Positions 1 through 9,298 of a stretch of DNA of 64,000 nucleotides are shown piece after piece. This stretch comes from Vulcanimicrobiota bacterium (GTDB lineage: Bacteria > Vulcanimicrobiota > Vulcanimicrobiia > Vulcanimicrobiales > Vulcanimicrobiaceae): contig CAWCIZ010000002.1 of the NCBI GenBank assembly GCA_963795855.1, positions 128,001 through 192,000 on the forward strand. Direction: 5' to 3'. The position numbers were made by a program, and so were the translations under genes. The notes beneath the pieces were generated by a model. That model saw only the letters and a list, made by a program, of their open reading frames with translations. It did no database searches and was not told where the DNA came from. How positions within the stretch are numbered: the stretch's first letter is position 1; each line of letters begins with the position of its first letter.

Positions 1-2
1 TG

Positions 3-530
3 CTGCTCGTCGGACTTTCATTCATCTTCATCAACGTCACGATGGTCGGGACCACGATGCTCCGCGCGATCGCTCTGGCCAAATACGAAACGTACTATTA
101 TGCGGTGTGGACGGCTGCCAGCATCGCGCTGATGATGGCAACGGTGCCGTTTTTCGGAATGAACGGCGTGCTCGGCGGTATGGTTGGCGGCGCCGCTATC
201 GGAGCCGCTTATTTTCTGACTCTGCTCCACCGTCTGCGCGATCTGCCGGCATGGCAGAGCTTTTTCGCATGGGCGCTTCCGCTTGCGGCGGTGGGCAGCA
301 TCGCGATCGGCGTTACGGCCGCCGTTGCAAACCTGCTCGGAGTGCATGGAAGCAGAATCGCGGCCTGCGGAACGCTGGTCGAGCTTTTGGCCGTTTACTG
401 CGTGGTTTTTGCCGCCGGAACGTTTGCGTGCCGCTTCTTCAATGGCAGCGACGTCGCGTTGCTCGGACGAATACTTCCGCCTCGTTTTGCGCGGCGGCTT
501 TCCCGCTACGCGAGCTCGGCTCCAGCGTGA
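3..530 (+). CDS. 5'-truncated polytopic membrane protein, probably the C-terminus of a polysaccharide flippase (Wzx/MurJ-like)
   Basis: Frame open from the window edge; several hydrophobic helices; directly upstream of glycosyltransferases. Confidence 0.55.
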   Translation: MLVGLSFIFINVTMVGTTMLRAIALAKYETYYYAVWTAASIALMMATVPFFGMNGVLGGMVGGAAIGAAYFLTLLHRLRDLPAWQSFFAWALPLAAVGSIAIGVTAAVANLLGVHGSRIAACGTLVELLAVYCVVFAAGTFACRFFNGSDVALLGRILPPRFARRLSRYASSAPA

Positions 531-642
531 TCTAGTTCGAATGCCCTACGAGAACCTGAGAAGCCGGAACCTGATGCCCGGCGCGGATACCTTGATATTC
601 TGAAATAGTGCGTTGTCCACCAGTCGCAAAAAGGAGTGCCCC

Positions 643-1497
643 GTGGCTCGATTGAGCGTCGTCATCCCCACAAAAAATTGCGTCGAACTCATGCGGAGAA
701 CGATGGCCGCGCTTGATTTCGCAGACGAGGTCATCGTCGTCGACATGTATTCCACCGACGGCACGGCGGAACTCGTCCAGTCCTATCCCAACGCTCGGCT
801 GATCAGCCGAAACGGCTACATCTACGGGAATGTGAATCACGGGTTCGACGCCGCAACCGGCGACTGGGTCATGCGATTGGATTCGGACGAAGTACCGACG
901 CCCGAGCTCGGCCGGGAAATACGCGAACGAATCGAATCGGCGCCCGAAGATCTTTGCGGGTTCTACATTCCAAATCGGACGTATTATTCAAACCGGTGGC
1001 TTCGCTACGGCCCGGCTTACGATCCGCTTTCGCCGATCCCGGGTGAACGTTTCCGTCTCTGCCTGTTCCGAAAAGGCATGGGAAAATTCGAGTCTGAACT
1101 CGCGCATTCGGATCTGACCGTTTACGGCCGCTGCGAATACCTCAAAAACCGGTACGATCACTACTCGGTTCGTTCGTTTTCACACTACATCGCGAAGAAC
1201 AACTATTATACCGATCAGGACATCGAACACCTGGATGCAAACGCGTGCAATCCGAGATCGGAAGCATGGGCGATGTTGTGGGGGCCGATCAAAGAGTTCC
1301 TCGTCTTTTTCGTCAAAAGGAAGGGCTACAAGGACGGCCCCTTAGGCATCATCGCATGCGGCGGTTACGCAATGCTGCGCTTCATGATTCACGCCAAGCG
1401 TTGGGAACGGCTGACGGCGATGCAAAACGACATAAGCGACGCGGACAAGCGAACCATGCTGGAGTACGTGACCGCAAGCCACATCACCAACGTTTAA
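643..1497 (+). CDS. Glycosyltransferase family 2 (WaaE/KdtX-like)
   Basis: LSVVIPTKN, VIVVDMYSTDGT, DWVMRLDSDE (DxD); AAGGAG upstream of GTG at 643. Confidence 0.9.
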   Translation: MARLSVVIPTKNCVELMRRTMAALDFADEVIVVDMYSTDGTAELVQSYPNARLISRNGYIYGNVNHGFDAATGDWVMRLDSDEVPTPELGREIRERIESAPEDLCGFYIPNRTYYSNRWLRYGPAYDPLSPIPGERFRLCLFRKGMGKFESELAHSDLTVYGRCEYLKNRYDHYSVRSFSHYIAKNNYYTDQDIEHLDANACNPRSEAWAMLWGPIKEFLVFFVKRKGYKDGPLGIIACGGYAMLRFMIHAKRWERLTAMQNDISDADKRTMLEYVTASHITNV

Positions 1498-1502
1498 GGC
1501 TT

Positions 1503-3197
1503 CTAGTCGGCCCAAGCCTGGAACGCTTGGTACCGCGGATCCGGAACGAACGCGCCGCTCGCAATGCTTCCGAGCCCGATCGCAGCGAACGGTCCGCCTC
1601 CGTCGTCGCCGTCCCACACGCTTGCATTGACGATGCACGCGATCTGTGGATCGCCGTTCGAGATGCCGTATGCAAGGGACATGTCGCGCGCGGCTACGAG
1701 CGGGTCTTCACCCCATGCGCTCGTGTCGCTGGCGAAACCCGTTTCCGTCAAACAGATCTTCACGCCGGAATCGCCGTTGGAGGCCGCGATGCTTTCCGCG
1801 CCTCGGTAATTCTGCCATTGGTTCTCGTACGTCGGGCCATAATACACGGTCGGGTCGGTCTGCCATGCGAAATTGTGAATTGAGATGCCGTCCCAACACG
1901 TTCCCACGCGGCAGCCGGATGCGTAGATGTTCGACAAATCCGTAAACAGGTTGGTGTGCTGGCCGCCCCCGTTTGCCAAACCCGGTCCGTACACGAAGAT
2001 GCTCGGCGCCGCGGATTTCATCGCGGCGTATCCCGCCTTGAGGAAGGCGGCAATGCCGGCGCCGGTATCGGAATCCATGAACCAGTAGCTTTGGTTCGGT
2101 TCGTTCATCAGTTCCACGTGCGTAATCTGCGGCAGGCCCGAAGCAGCCATTTGCGCGTTGTGCTGAACGATCCAGCGCGCAACCGTTGCAACGTACGTGC
2201 CGTAGTCCGCCGCGCTCGTGAATGCTTTGTTCATCCCGACCGTCGACTGTATGCGCGCGCCGCCGTACTGCAGAATCGTCGGCATCATCGCAATGCCGTG
2301 CTCGGCAAGATGCGTCGAGATGTAATCGTAGCGAGTGAAATCTGCTCCGGTGCCGTCAAGACTTCCGGTCGTTCCGCCCCAGATGTACGAAGCTTGAATC
2401 TCGACGCGCGCGCAGGTTGCTCCGGCATTCGCGACCGCCTGTTCGGCGGAATCGATCAGCGCGTTCTTCACTGCGTCCGGAACGTTCTTGCACGGGTTCG
2501 TCGAGCAATCGCGGACCGTTTGCTCGTTGAGCGTCCACGAGTGGCCCATCACGCAATGCTTGCCCGGGGTCGGCACGATGCCGGTCACCGGCGGCATCGC
2601 AACCGGATTCGCAGTGGTAACACTGAAGGTGGCGCCGTTCGTAGCGACGGTGTACATCACACCCGGGGTACGCCGCCAGCGTACGCCCACGCTATTCGCG
2701 CCGACGCCGCCGTAGGCGTAAACCGTCGCGCCCGGCGAGACGCTTGCGGTGGTCGCAACCGGACCCGACGCAAGATGCAGCACGAGCGGAGCATCGTACG
2801 GAATCGTTCCGCCATTGGTAACCGGCGTGCAGATGGACGGACCGACGACCGCGCAAGCGGAGAGTACGCCCACCGATGCCGGTGGCGAGCCGGAACCGGA
2901 TCCCGGCGTGGCAGTGGGGTCTGGCGACGGAGGAACGGGCGGAGGCGTCGGCATCGGAGTCGACGTCGGCGACGGCGTGGAATGAGACGGCGAATTTGAA
3001 CCCGGCGTTGCGGTTGCACTCGGCGTTGGGGACGAACCCGGAGACGCGGTCGATCCCGGAATAGGCGTAGAACCGGTTTTCCCGGGGTTTTGACCTGTAA
3101 CGGACGGGACTACTCCGCCTCCTCCGCCGCCGCCGCAGGCGCACAGCGTCGCAGACGCCGCAAAGAAGCAGATCGCATAGACAACGTTTATCCGCAC
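1503..3197 (-). CDS. Lipoprotein clan GH-A glycoside hydrolase (GH5/GH39-like), paralog 1, with Pro/Ser/Thr linker
   Basis: Lipobox-like LCAC; ELMNEPN acid/base and CLTETG nucleophile motifs; WDGISIH. Confidence 0.8.
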   Translation of the reverse strand: MRINVVYAICFFAASATLCACGGGGGGGVVPSVTGQNPGKTGSTPIPGSTASPGSSPTPSATATPGSNSPSHSTPSPTSTPMPTPPPVPPSPDPTATPGSGSGSPPASVGVLSACAVVGPSICTPVTNGGTIPYDAPLVLHLASGPVATTASVSPGATVYAYGGVGANSVGVRWRRTPGVMYTVATNGATFSVTTANPVAMPPVTGIVPTPGKHCVMGHSWTLNEQTVRDCSTNPCKNVPDAVKNALIDSAEQAVANAGATCARVEIQASYIWGGTTGSLDGTGADFTRYDYISTHLAEHGIAMMPTILQYGGARIQSTVGMNKAFTSAADYGTYVATVARWIVQHNAQMAASGLPQITHVELMNEPNQSYWFMDSDTGAGIAAFLKAGYAAMKSAAPSIFVYGPGLANGGGQHTNLFTDLSNIYASGCRVGTCWDGISIHNFAWQTDPTVYYGPTYENQWQNYRGAESIAASNGDSGVKICLTETGFASDTSAWGEDPLVAARDMSLAYGISNGDPQIACIVNASVWDGDDGGGPFAAIGLGSIASGAFVPDPRYQAFQAWAD

Positions 3198-3336
3198 AAG
3201 AAACCCTCAGGTGCGGAGGCTCGACTCTTAAGTAGTCGGCAATAACGTGCGGTTCTGCAGCGTCAGCGCGGGCGCCGGAACGGCACCGACGGTAATACTC
3301 TTGTAAAGCCGCGGGCGAGGCGCGCTGTTGCGATGG

Positions 3337-4530
3337 CTACCGAAAGCTTCGGGGATTAGCCCATTTTTCGAAGACGGCGTAGCGTTCGTTCGGCACGAAT
3401 TTGTCGCCCTCGAGGCGACCGAGTCCCAGTGCGCCGAACGGTCCGCCGCCATCGTCGCCATCCCAAATGCTCGCGTTGACGATGCACGCGATTTGCGGAT
3501 CCTGATAGGCAAGCGCGTATGCACGGTCCATGTGCGCCGCCGCAGCCGCGGGCGTCTCCGGCAGCGGGCCGGCCGTAGTAAAGCCGGTTTCCGTAAGGCA
3601 GAGTTTTATGCCCGCATCGCCGTTTGCGGCAGCGATCGTCTCGACGCCTCGATAGTTCTGCCACTGATTCTCGAAGTCGGCGCCGTGATAATCATCGGGA
3701 TCCTGCGCCCACGCGAAATTATGGACGGAAAGCCCGTCCCAGCATGTGCCGGCCTTGCAGCCCGCCTGATACAAACCCCGAAGAACCAGAAACAAATTGG
3801 AGTGGCTATGGCCGCCGTTCGCCAAGCCGGGCGCAAAAACGAAAAGTTCGCGATCGACGGATTTCACCGCCGAATATCCGGCTTTTAGGAAATCGGCGAT
3901 CGTCGCGGGGTCGTTCGGCTGCGCAAACCAATAACTTTGATTCGGTTCGTTCATCAGCTCCACGCGCGTGATCTGCGGCAGGCGTTGTGCCGCCATCTGC
4001 CCATTGTGGTCGGCGATCCAGCGCGCGACCGTGCCGGCATACGTGCCGTAATCGTAAGCACTGGTGAACGCGCGATTTCTTCCGGAGGTCGTCTGAATGC
4101 GGGAGCCCCCATATTGAAGTATCACGGGGACCAGTGCGATTCCGTGCTGCGCTAAGTGCGTGGCAATATAATCGTACCGCGAAAAATTCGCGCCTTCACC
4201 GCTCAGAGCGCCGCGAGTTCCGCCCCAGATGAATGAGGCTTGGATCTCGACGCGCGCACACGTCGCGCCCGCATCGGCCGCAGCCTGCTCCGCCGCGTCG
4301 ATCAGTGCGTTTTTCGCTTCCAATGGAACGTTCTCGTGACCGACGCGTAAGGTCTTTTCTTGGAGCGTCCACGAGTGCCCCATCACGCAATACCGCCCCG
4401 CCGGCGGTCGCCGTATCTTCGAAGGAGCTGCGCCGTGCAGGTCCGTCTGCGCGCGTCCGGCAGCGCCGCAGGCGCCTAACAAATCGGCCATTATGACGAG
4501 CGTTGCCAGTGCCCATGCTCGTGCGCGCAT
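3337..4530 (-). CDS. Lipoprotein clan GH-A glycoside hydrolase, paralog 2 (catalytic domain only)
   Basis: GGAGG before ATG at 4530; LLGAC lipobox; ELMNEPN and CLTETG; long peptide blocks shared with neighbours. Confidence 0.8.
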   Translation of the reverse strand: MRARAWALATLVIMADLLGACGAAGRAQTDLHGAAPSKIRRPPAGRYCVMGHSWTLQEKTLRVGHENVPLEAKNALIDAAEQAAADAGATCARVEIQASFIWGGTRGALSGEGANFSRYDYIATHLAQHGIALVPVILQYGGSRIQTTSGRNRAFTSAYDYGTYAGTVARWIADHNGQMAAQRLPQITRVELMNEPNQSYWFAQPNDPATIADFLKAGYSAVKSVDRELFVFAPGLANGGHSHSNLFLVLRGLYQAGCKAGTCWDGLSVHNFAWAQDPDDYHGADFENQWQNYRGVETIAAANGDAGIKLCLTETGFTTAGPLPETPAAAAAHMDRAYALAYQDPQIACIVNASIWDGDDGGGPFGALGLGRLEGDKFVPNERYAVFEKWANPRSFR

Positions 4531-4593
4531 TAATGCCTCCGCAACGGTGCTTCGACTACACGGCGCCTGCGCACCTCGCCGCGGCGTGTAACG

Positions 4594-4623
4594 AAAAAAA
4601 AGCCGGGCTGACTGCCCGGCTTT
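4594..4623 (-). terminator. Intrinsic terminator after GH paralog 3
   Basis: GCCGGGC-5 nt-GCCCGGC stem followed on the minus strand by a run of 8 U. Confidence 0.85.
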
Positions 4624-4642
4624 CCCATGTTCGGCTTCTGCG

Positions 4643-6127
4643 CTATTTCGCCCACTGCCCGAAGGCGTTATACCGCGGGTTCGGAACGAACGTGCCGCTC
4701 GCGATGCTTCCCAGGCCAATCGCGCCGAACTGGCCGCCGCCGTCGTCGCCGTCCCAAAGGCTTGCGTTGACGATGCATGCAATGCGCGGATCGCTCAACG
4801 CCACCCCGTATGCGAGCGAGAGATCGCGAGCCGCGACGGCGGGGTCTTCACCCCACGCGCCCGTGTCGCTCGCAAACCCGGTTTCCGTCAGACAAATCTT
4901 TGCCGACGAATCGCCGTGCCCGTCGGCGATCGCCTCGACGCCGCGATAATTCTGCCATTGTCCCTCGAACGTCGGCCCATAGTACACCGTGGGATCCATT
5001 TGCCACCCGACGCTATGTATCGAAATGCCATCCCAGCAGACGCCGGAGCGGCAACCCGCGGCGTACAGGTTCGACAGATCGGTAAACATATTGGTGTGCT
5101 GCGATCCGCCGTTGGCGAATCCCGGAGCGTAAATCACCAGACTGGGATCGATCGCCTTCACCGCTTTGTAACCCGCTTTGAGAAACGCCGCGATTCCCGC
5201 CCCCGTGTCTTTGTCCATGAACCAATATGCTTCGTTCGGCTCGTTCAGCAACTCGACACGCGCGATCTGCGGAAGGCCCTTCGCAGCCATTTGCGCGTTG
5301 TGCGCGGCGATCCAGCGCGCGACCGTTCCCGCGTAAGTTCCATAATCTGCGGCTTTCGCAAACGCACCGTTGGAACCCACGCGCGACTGAATCCGCGATC
5401 CGCCGTACTGCGCTATGATGGGAAACATTGAAATACCATGCTGCGCGAGATCGGTTGCGATGTAGTCGTAACGCGAAAAATTCGCGTTGGCTCCCGAAAG
5501 GCTCCCGGTCGTGCCGCCCCAGATGTAGGAGGCCTGAATGTCGACGCGGGCGCAGGTCGCGCCCGCGTTTGCCACCGCCTGTTCCGCCGAATCGACCGCA
5601 GCCGCGTATGCCGCGTTCTTGTAATCGAGCGTCCAGCTGTGCCCCATGACGCAGTAGCGGCCGGGCGACGGCGCGTGCGCCGCGACGGCAGGCATCGGGA
5701 CCGGACTGGCGGTCGTTACGCTGAACGCCGCGCCGTTGGTCGAGACGGTGTACATCGCGCCGGGGGTGCGCCGCCAACGGATCGCAATGCTATTTCTTCC
5801 GACGCCGCCGTATGAGTAGACGGTTGCAGCCGGCGAGACTGTTGCGCGAGTAGTGGACGGAGCGTTGGTAAGACGCACAACGAGCGGTGAATCGTACGCA
5901 ATCGTTCCTCCGTTCGAAACGGGCACGCACTGCTGCGGGTACCCGACGAGATAACACGCGGATGAAACGCCGCTGCTTGCTGCAACGGCGGCGGTGCGTG
6001 TTTGCGGTACGGTGGTTTGCGTACCGGTATCCCTTGTAGCCGGCAACGCGCCGTTTTGATTGTTCGCGCAGCCGCCAAGAAGCGCCGCGATTGCCGTTGC
6101 GGCAATCGCGCAATGATGTAAACGCAA
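4643..6127 (-). CDS. Lipoprotein clan GH-A glycoside hydrolase, paralog 3
   Basis: TTG start with GGGGAG SD; LLGGC lipobox; ELLNEPN and CLTETG. Confidence 0.8.
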   Translation of the reverse strand: MRLHHCAIAATAIAALLGGCANNQNGALPATRDTGTQTTVPQTRTAAVAASSGVSSACYLVGYPQQCVPVSNGGTIAYDSPLVVRLTNAPSTTRATVSPAATVYSYGGVGRNSIAIRWRRTPGAMYTVSTNGAAFSVTTASPVPMPAVAAHAPSPGRYCVMGHSWTLDYKNAAYAAAVDSAEQAVANAGATCARVDIQASYIWGGTTGSLSGANANFSRYDYIATDLAQHGISMFPIIAQYGGSRIQSRVGSNGAFAKAADYGTYAGTVARWIAAHNAQMAAKGLPQIARVELLNEPNEAYWFMDKDTGAGIAAFLKAGYKAVKAIDPSLVIYAPGFANGGSQHTNMFTDLSNLYAAGCRSGVCWDGISIHSVGWQMDPTVYYGPTFEGQWQNYRGVEAIADGHGDSSAKICLTETGFASDTGAWGEDPAVAARDLSLAYGVALSDPRIACIVNASLWDGDDGGGQFGAIGLGSIASGTFVPNPRYNAFGQWAK

Positions 6128-6254
6128 TGATTTTCTCCCCGAAAAACAAATGGGCCGTTTGGCCCATCGGGGAGTCGGTTATCGTGCGGAGCGGGCACCC
6201 CATGCAAGGGTCGATATAGACTTTGTAAAGGATCGACCCTGCTCGCTACTAATG

Positions 6255-7361
6255 CTACCAACCGGACGACGTCGCTACGGCGTAACCGGGAACATCGTAA
6301 ACGATGTCGCGCAGCGACGCGACGAATCGCTCGGTGGAGAAGCGCTCCGCATGCCGGCGAATCGCCGCGGGGTCGAACGTCAATCGCTCGAACTTCCGAA
6401 TCGCTTGGGCGAAGGCCTGCGGGCTTTGCTCTGCGACCAAGAGGCCGCTTACGCCTTCGATGACCGTTTCCAGTGCGCCGCCTTGACCGAATGCGATGAC
6501 CGGCCGGCCGCAGGCCATCATCTCGACCGGCGTCATGCCGAAATCTTCCAGTCCGGGAAAAAGCAGCGCTCTCGCGCCGCGCATCAACCGCAACAGATCC
6601 TGATCGGTCACGTGCCCGAGCTGCTCGACGTGCGGCGCTTCGAACTGCGCGGATCGGCAGCCCGTCAAAATCAGGCGACGTTTTGCCAGGCGCGTCGCCT
6701 CAACGGCGATATCGATGCGTTTGTAGGGAACGTTCCGCGAGGCAACCAGATAATAGTCCTCGACCGCAGTGGGGCCCGGAACGAAATGCTTCGTGTCGAT
6801 TGGCGGGTGCACGAGCACGCTGAGGCGTCCGTAGTGCTTTGCGATCCGCTCCTGCGTGATCGCGCTGTTGGCGACGAACTGGTCGACCCGAACGGCGGCA
6901 GCTGCGTCCCACGTTCGCATGCGGCTCATCGTCATCGCCGCGAGCGGACGCAGCGCCCGGGGCACCGTTTCGAGTTCCTGATGCGGCCGCTCCCAAATAG
7001 CGCGCATCGGCGTGTGGCAATAGCAGATGTGCCGCTGCGCAGCATTGCGAAGCAGTCCCTTCGCCGCGGTATGGTGCGATGAAATGATGACGTCGTATGC
7101 CGAGAGATCGAAACTTTCTATTGCCAGCGGAAAGAACGGCACGAACAGCCGGTGGTGCGAGACCGCGCCGGGAACGCGCTGCAAAAAAGATGGAATGATA
7201 CGCGGAGCGAGCGAGGCGGGGCCGGTTTTCGCCGAATAAACGATCGCATAGATCGGCGCCTCGGGAAACGCTTTTGCGATCGTCTCGACGACGCGTTCGG
7301 CGCCTCCGCGCTGCACCAGCGGATCGGATACGATCGCGACGCGCGGACTCTTCGCCGTCAT
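6255..7361 (-). CDS. Glycosyltransferase family 4 (WbaZ-like)
   Basis: GGAERVV, YCHTPMR, EDFGMTPVEMMACG. Confidence 0.9.
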   Translation of the reverse strand: MTAKSPRVAIVSDPLVQRGGAERVVETIAKAFPEAPIYAIVYSAKTGPASLAPRIIPSFLQRVPGAVSHHRLFVPFFPLAIESFDLSAYDVIISSHHTAAKGLLRNAAQRHICYCHTPMRAIWERPHQELETVPRALRPLAAMTMSRMRTWDAAAAVRVDQFVANSAITQERIAKHYGRLSVLVHPPIDTKHFVPGPTAVEDYYLVASRNVPYKRIDIAVEATRLAKRRLILTGCRSAQFEAPHVEQLGHVTDQDLLRLMRGARALLFPGLEDFGMTPVEMMACGRPVIAFGQGGALETVIEGVSGLLVAEQSPQAFAQAIRKFERLTFDPAAIRRHAERFSTERFVASLRDIVYDVPGYAVATSSGW

Positions 7362-8509
7362 GCGGCCGCTCGCGTGAGAATCGAAGCGACTTGCGCTGCG
7401 TGATCGCCGGCGTCGAAGCGCTGCGCCAAGACCCGCGCTGCATCGCTCATCGGGTGAAAGTCCGGCGTTCGAATGATTTCGGCGATCGCCGCCGCAAACG
7501 CCGCCTCATCGCCCTGCGGGACGACGCGTCCGTCTACCTTGTCCGTCAGCACTTCGCTCACGCCGGCGTCGGAGAAGCAAACCGTGGGCACACCGCACGC
7601 CGCCGCTTCGATGACGGAACGCCCGAAAGGCTCCCGATCGGAGCAGTTGACGTGCACGTCGAGCGCGGCGTACGCGTTTTTCACGTCGTCGACCCATGGG
7701 ACGAACGTTATGCAATCCTCGAGATTCAACGTTTTCACGCGTTGGTGCAGTTCGTCGACGAAATCGAGATCGCGAAAGACGGCATCCCCGACGATGAGGA
7801 ATCGAGCGTTGACGTTCCGTCGCACCTCCGCCGCGATCCGCACGAACGCGTCGTGCCCCTTCCAGCGGTTGATGCGTCCGACGATGCCGACCGTCGCAAC
7901 GCCTGGGCTGCGCGAAATGCCGAGCGCCGCGCACGCTGCGTCTCGAGAGGGAAGATCGCGGTAGGCGCGCAGGTCGAGCGGGTTGCGGACGACGGTCGTC
8001 GCGGGAAGCGCATATGCTCGTGCAACGGAGTTGGAAATCGCGATACGCTCCCGCGAACACGCGCTGCAGATCTTCCGCAGCGCAAAGAGCGGCGTGCCGT
8101 CCAGGATGTCGCGCAGATGCACGACGCAGCCCAATCCCGCAAGCCGCGCGGCGGGCGCTCCCACGAAGTGCGCCTTCACGGTGTGCGTGTACACCAAGTC
8201 GACGTGCTCCGCGCGCAGCCACCGCGCGAGGCGCGTAATGGCGAGCGGCGCCGCTGCCAAACCCGCCAACCGCGTACGCTCGCGCTTCGACGCGGAAAAG
8301 GCCTTCGAAACCTGCAGTATGCTGACGTCGAGGCCGGCGTCGCGCAGCCGTGCGGCGTACTTGCCGTCGTGAAACAAGAGCACGCGAGGCTCGATCCAAA
8401 CCGGCAGATGCGTTAACAAGAGCGCAAAACTTTCTTGCGCACCGCCTGACGCATCGCCCGTCTGATCGACGAACGCAACCCGCAATCGTTTATGCCCGGT
8501 AGAGCCCAT
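7358..8509 (-). CDS. Glycosyltransferase family 4
   Basis: GGAQ, GRINRWKG, EPFGRSVIEAAACG; ATGA coupling with the next gene. Confidence 0.9.
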   Translation of the reverse strand: MGSTGHKRLRVAFVDQTGDASGGAQESFALLLTHLPVWIEPRVLLFHDGKYAARLRDAGLDVSILQVSKAFSASKRERTRLAGLAAAPLAITRLARWLRAEHVDLVYTHTVKAHFVGAPAARLAGLGCVVHLRDILDGTPLFALRKICSACSRERIAISNSVARAYALPATTVVRNPLDLRAYRDLPSRDAACAALGISRSPGVATVGIVGRINRWKGHDAFVRIAAEVRRNVNARFLIVGDAVFRDLDFVDELHQRVKTLNLEDCITFVPWVDDVKNAYAALDVHVNCSDREPFGRSVIEAAACGVPTVCFSDAGVSEVLTDKVDGRVVPQGDEAAFAAAIAEIIRTPDFHPMSDAARVLAQRFDAGDHAAQVASILTRAAA

Positions 8510-8516
8510 CTCGCCT

Positions 8517-8522
8517 ATTATA
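8517..8522 (-). promoter_or_regulatory. -10 element (TATAAT) 7 nt before the ATG; probable leaderless promoter
   Basis: Minus strand reads TATAAT-AGGCGAG-ATG. Confidence 0.55.
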
Positions 8523-8740
8523 CGTGCGCGGTGCGGGATGCGGGAGGTAATAAAAGCGCCGGCGATGAGCGACTCGGCGTAAGACTTCCGGCTTATGGAA
8601 GCATGAGTACTCAGGCTCTTCGACGCTCCGGAGGCGCCCGAAAGAGCACCATGGCGCCTTGGGTATCGTGGCCCTTACCGCGAATCCGCGCGCGCCGTAC
8701 CGTTAAATGCGGCTGGATTCGCTGGTGAAAGGGCTGCAGG

Positions 8741-9298
8741 GTGGACCAACTTTGGTGGCAAGATAACCGCGTCTCGCACGCGGCTGCCGCGTTGCTCGTC
8801 GATCGCGACGGCGTGATCAACCGCAAGATCGACGGCGGTTACGTGCTCGACTACGATCGCGATTTCCGCTTCATACCAGAGTTTCTGTCCTGCGCGCGCC
8901 GCTTCAGCGAAGCCCAAATTCCAATAGTCGTGATCTCGAACCAAAGTTGCATCGGCCGCGGACTGGCCTGCGCCCAGGCACTGACGGTCATAATGGATCG
9001 CATGATAAGGGGCGCCGCCGCTGCCGGCGTTCGCATATCGGGCTACGCGATTTGCCCGCATTCGCCCCAGGATCGGTGCGCGTGCCGGAAACCCGCGGCG
9101 GGGCTGCTGCAAAGCGCCGCAGCGCGTTTTCAACTGCGCCTCTGGAATTGCCCATTCATCGGCGACTCCGCGACGGATATGGAAGCGGCGCACGCTGCCG
9201 GATGTCCCGGCATGCTCGTCGATGCAAATGACCCGATTCACTACCGCGACACGTTCAGAGAAGCGTTTTCATACATGTGCGCGAGGATTGCCGCATGA
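8741..9298 (+). CDS. gmhB: D-glycero-D-manno-heptose 1,7-bisphosphate phosphatase (HAD IIIA)
   Basis: DRDGVIN, SNQS, CPH...C.CRKP, FIGDS..D. Confidence 0.85.
   Translation: MDQLWWQDNRVSHAAAALLVDRDGVINRKIDGGYVLDYDRDFRFIPEFLSCARRFSEAQIPIVVISNQSCIGRGLACAQALTVIMDRMIRGAAAAGVRISGYAICPHSPQDRCACRKPAAGLLQSAAARFQLRLWNCPFIGDSATDMEAAHAAGCPGMLVDANDPIHYRDTFREAFSYMCARIAA

Noticed and set aside
2880..3135. Low-complexity repeats here and at ~30935-31010
   Set aside because: Ordinary Gly and Pro/Thr/Ser linkers of lipoproteins
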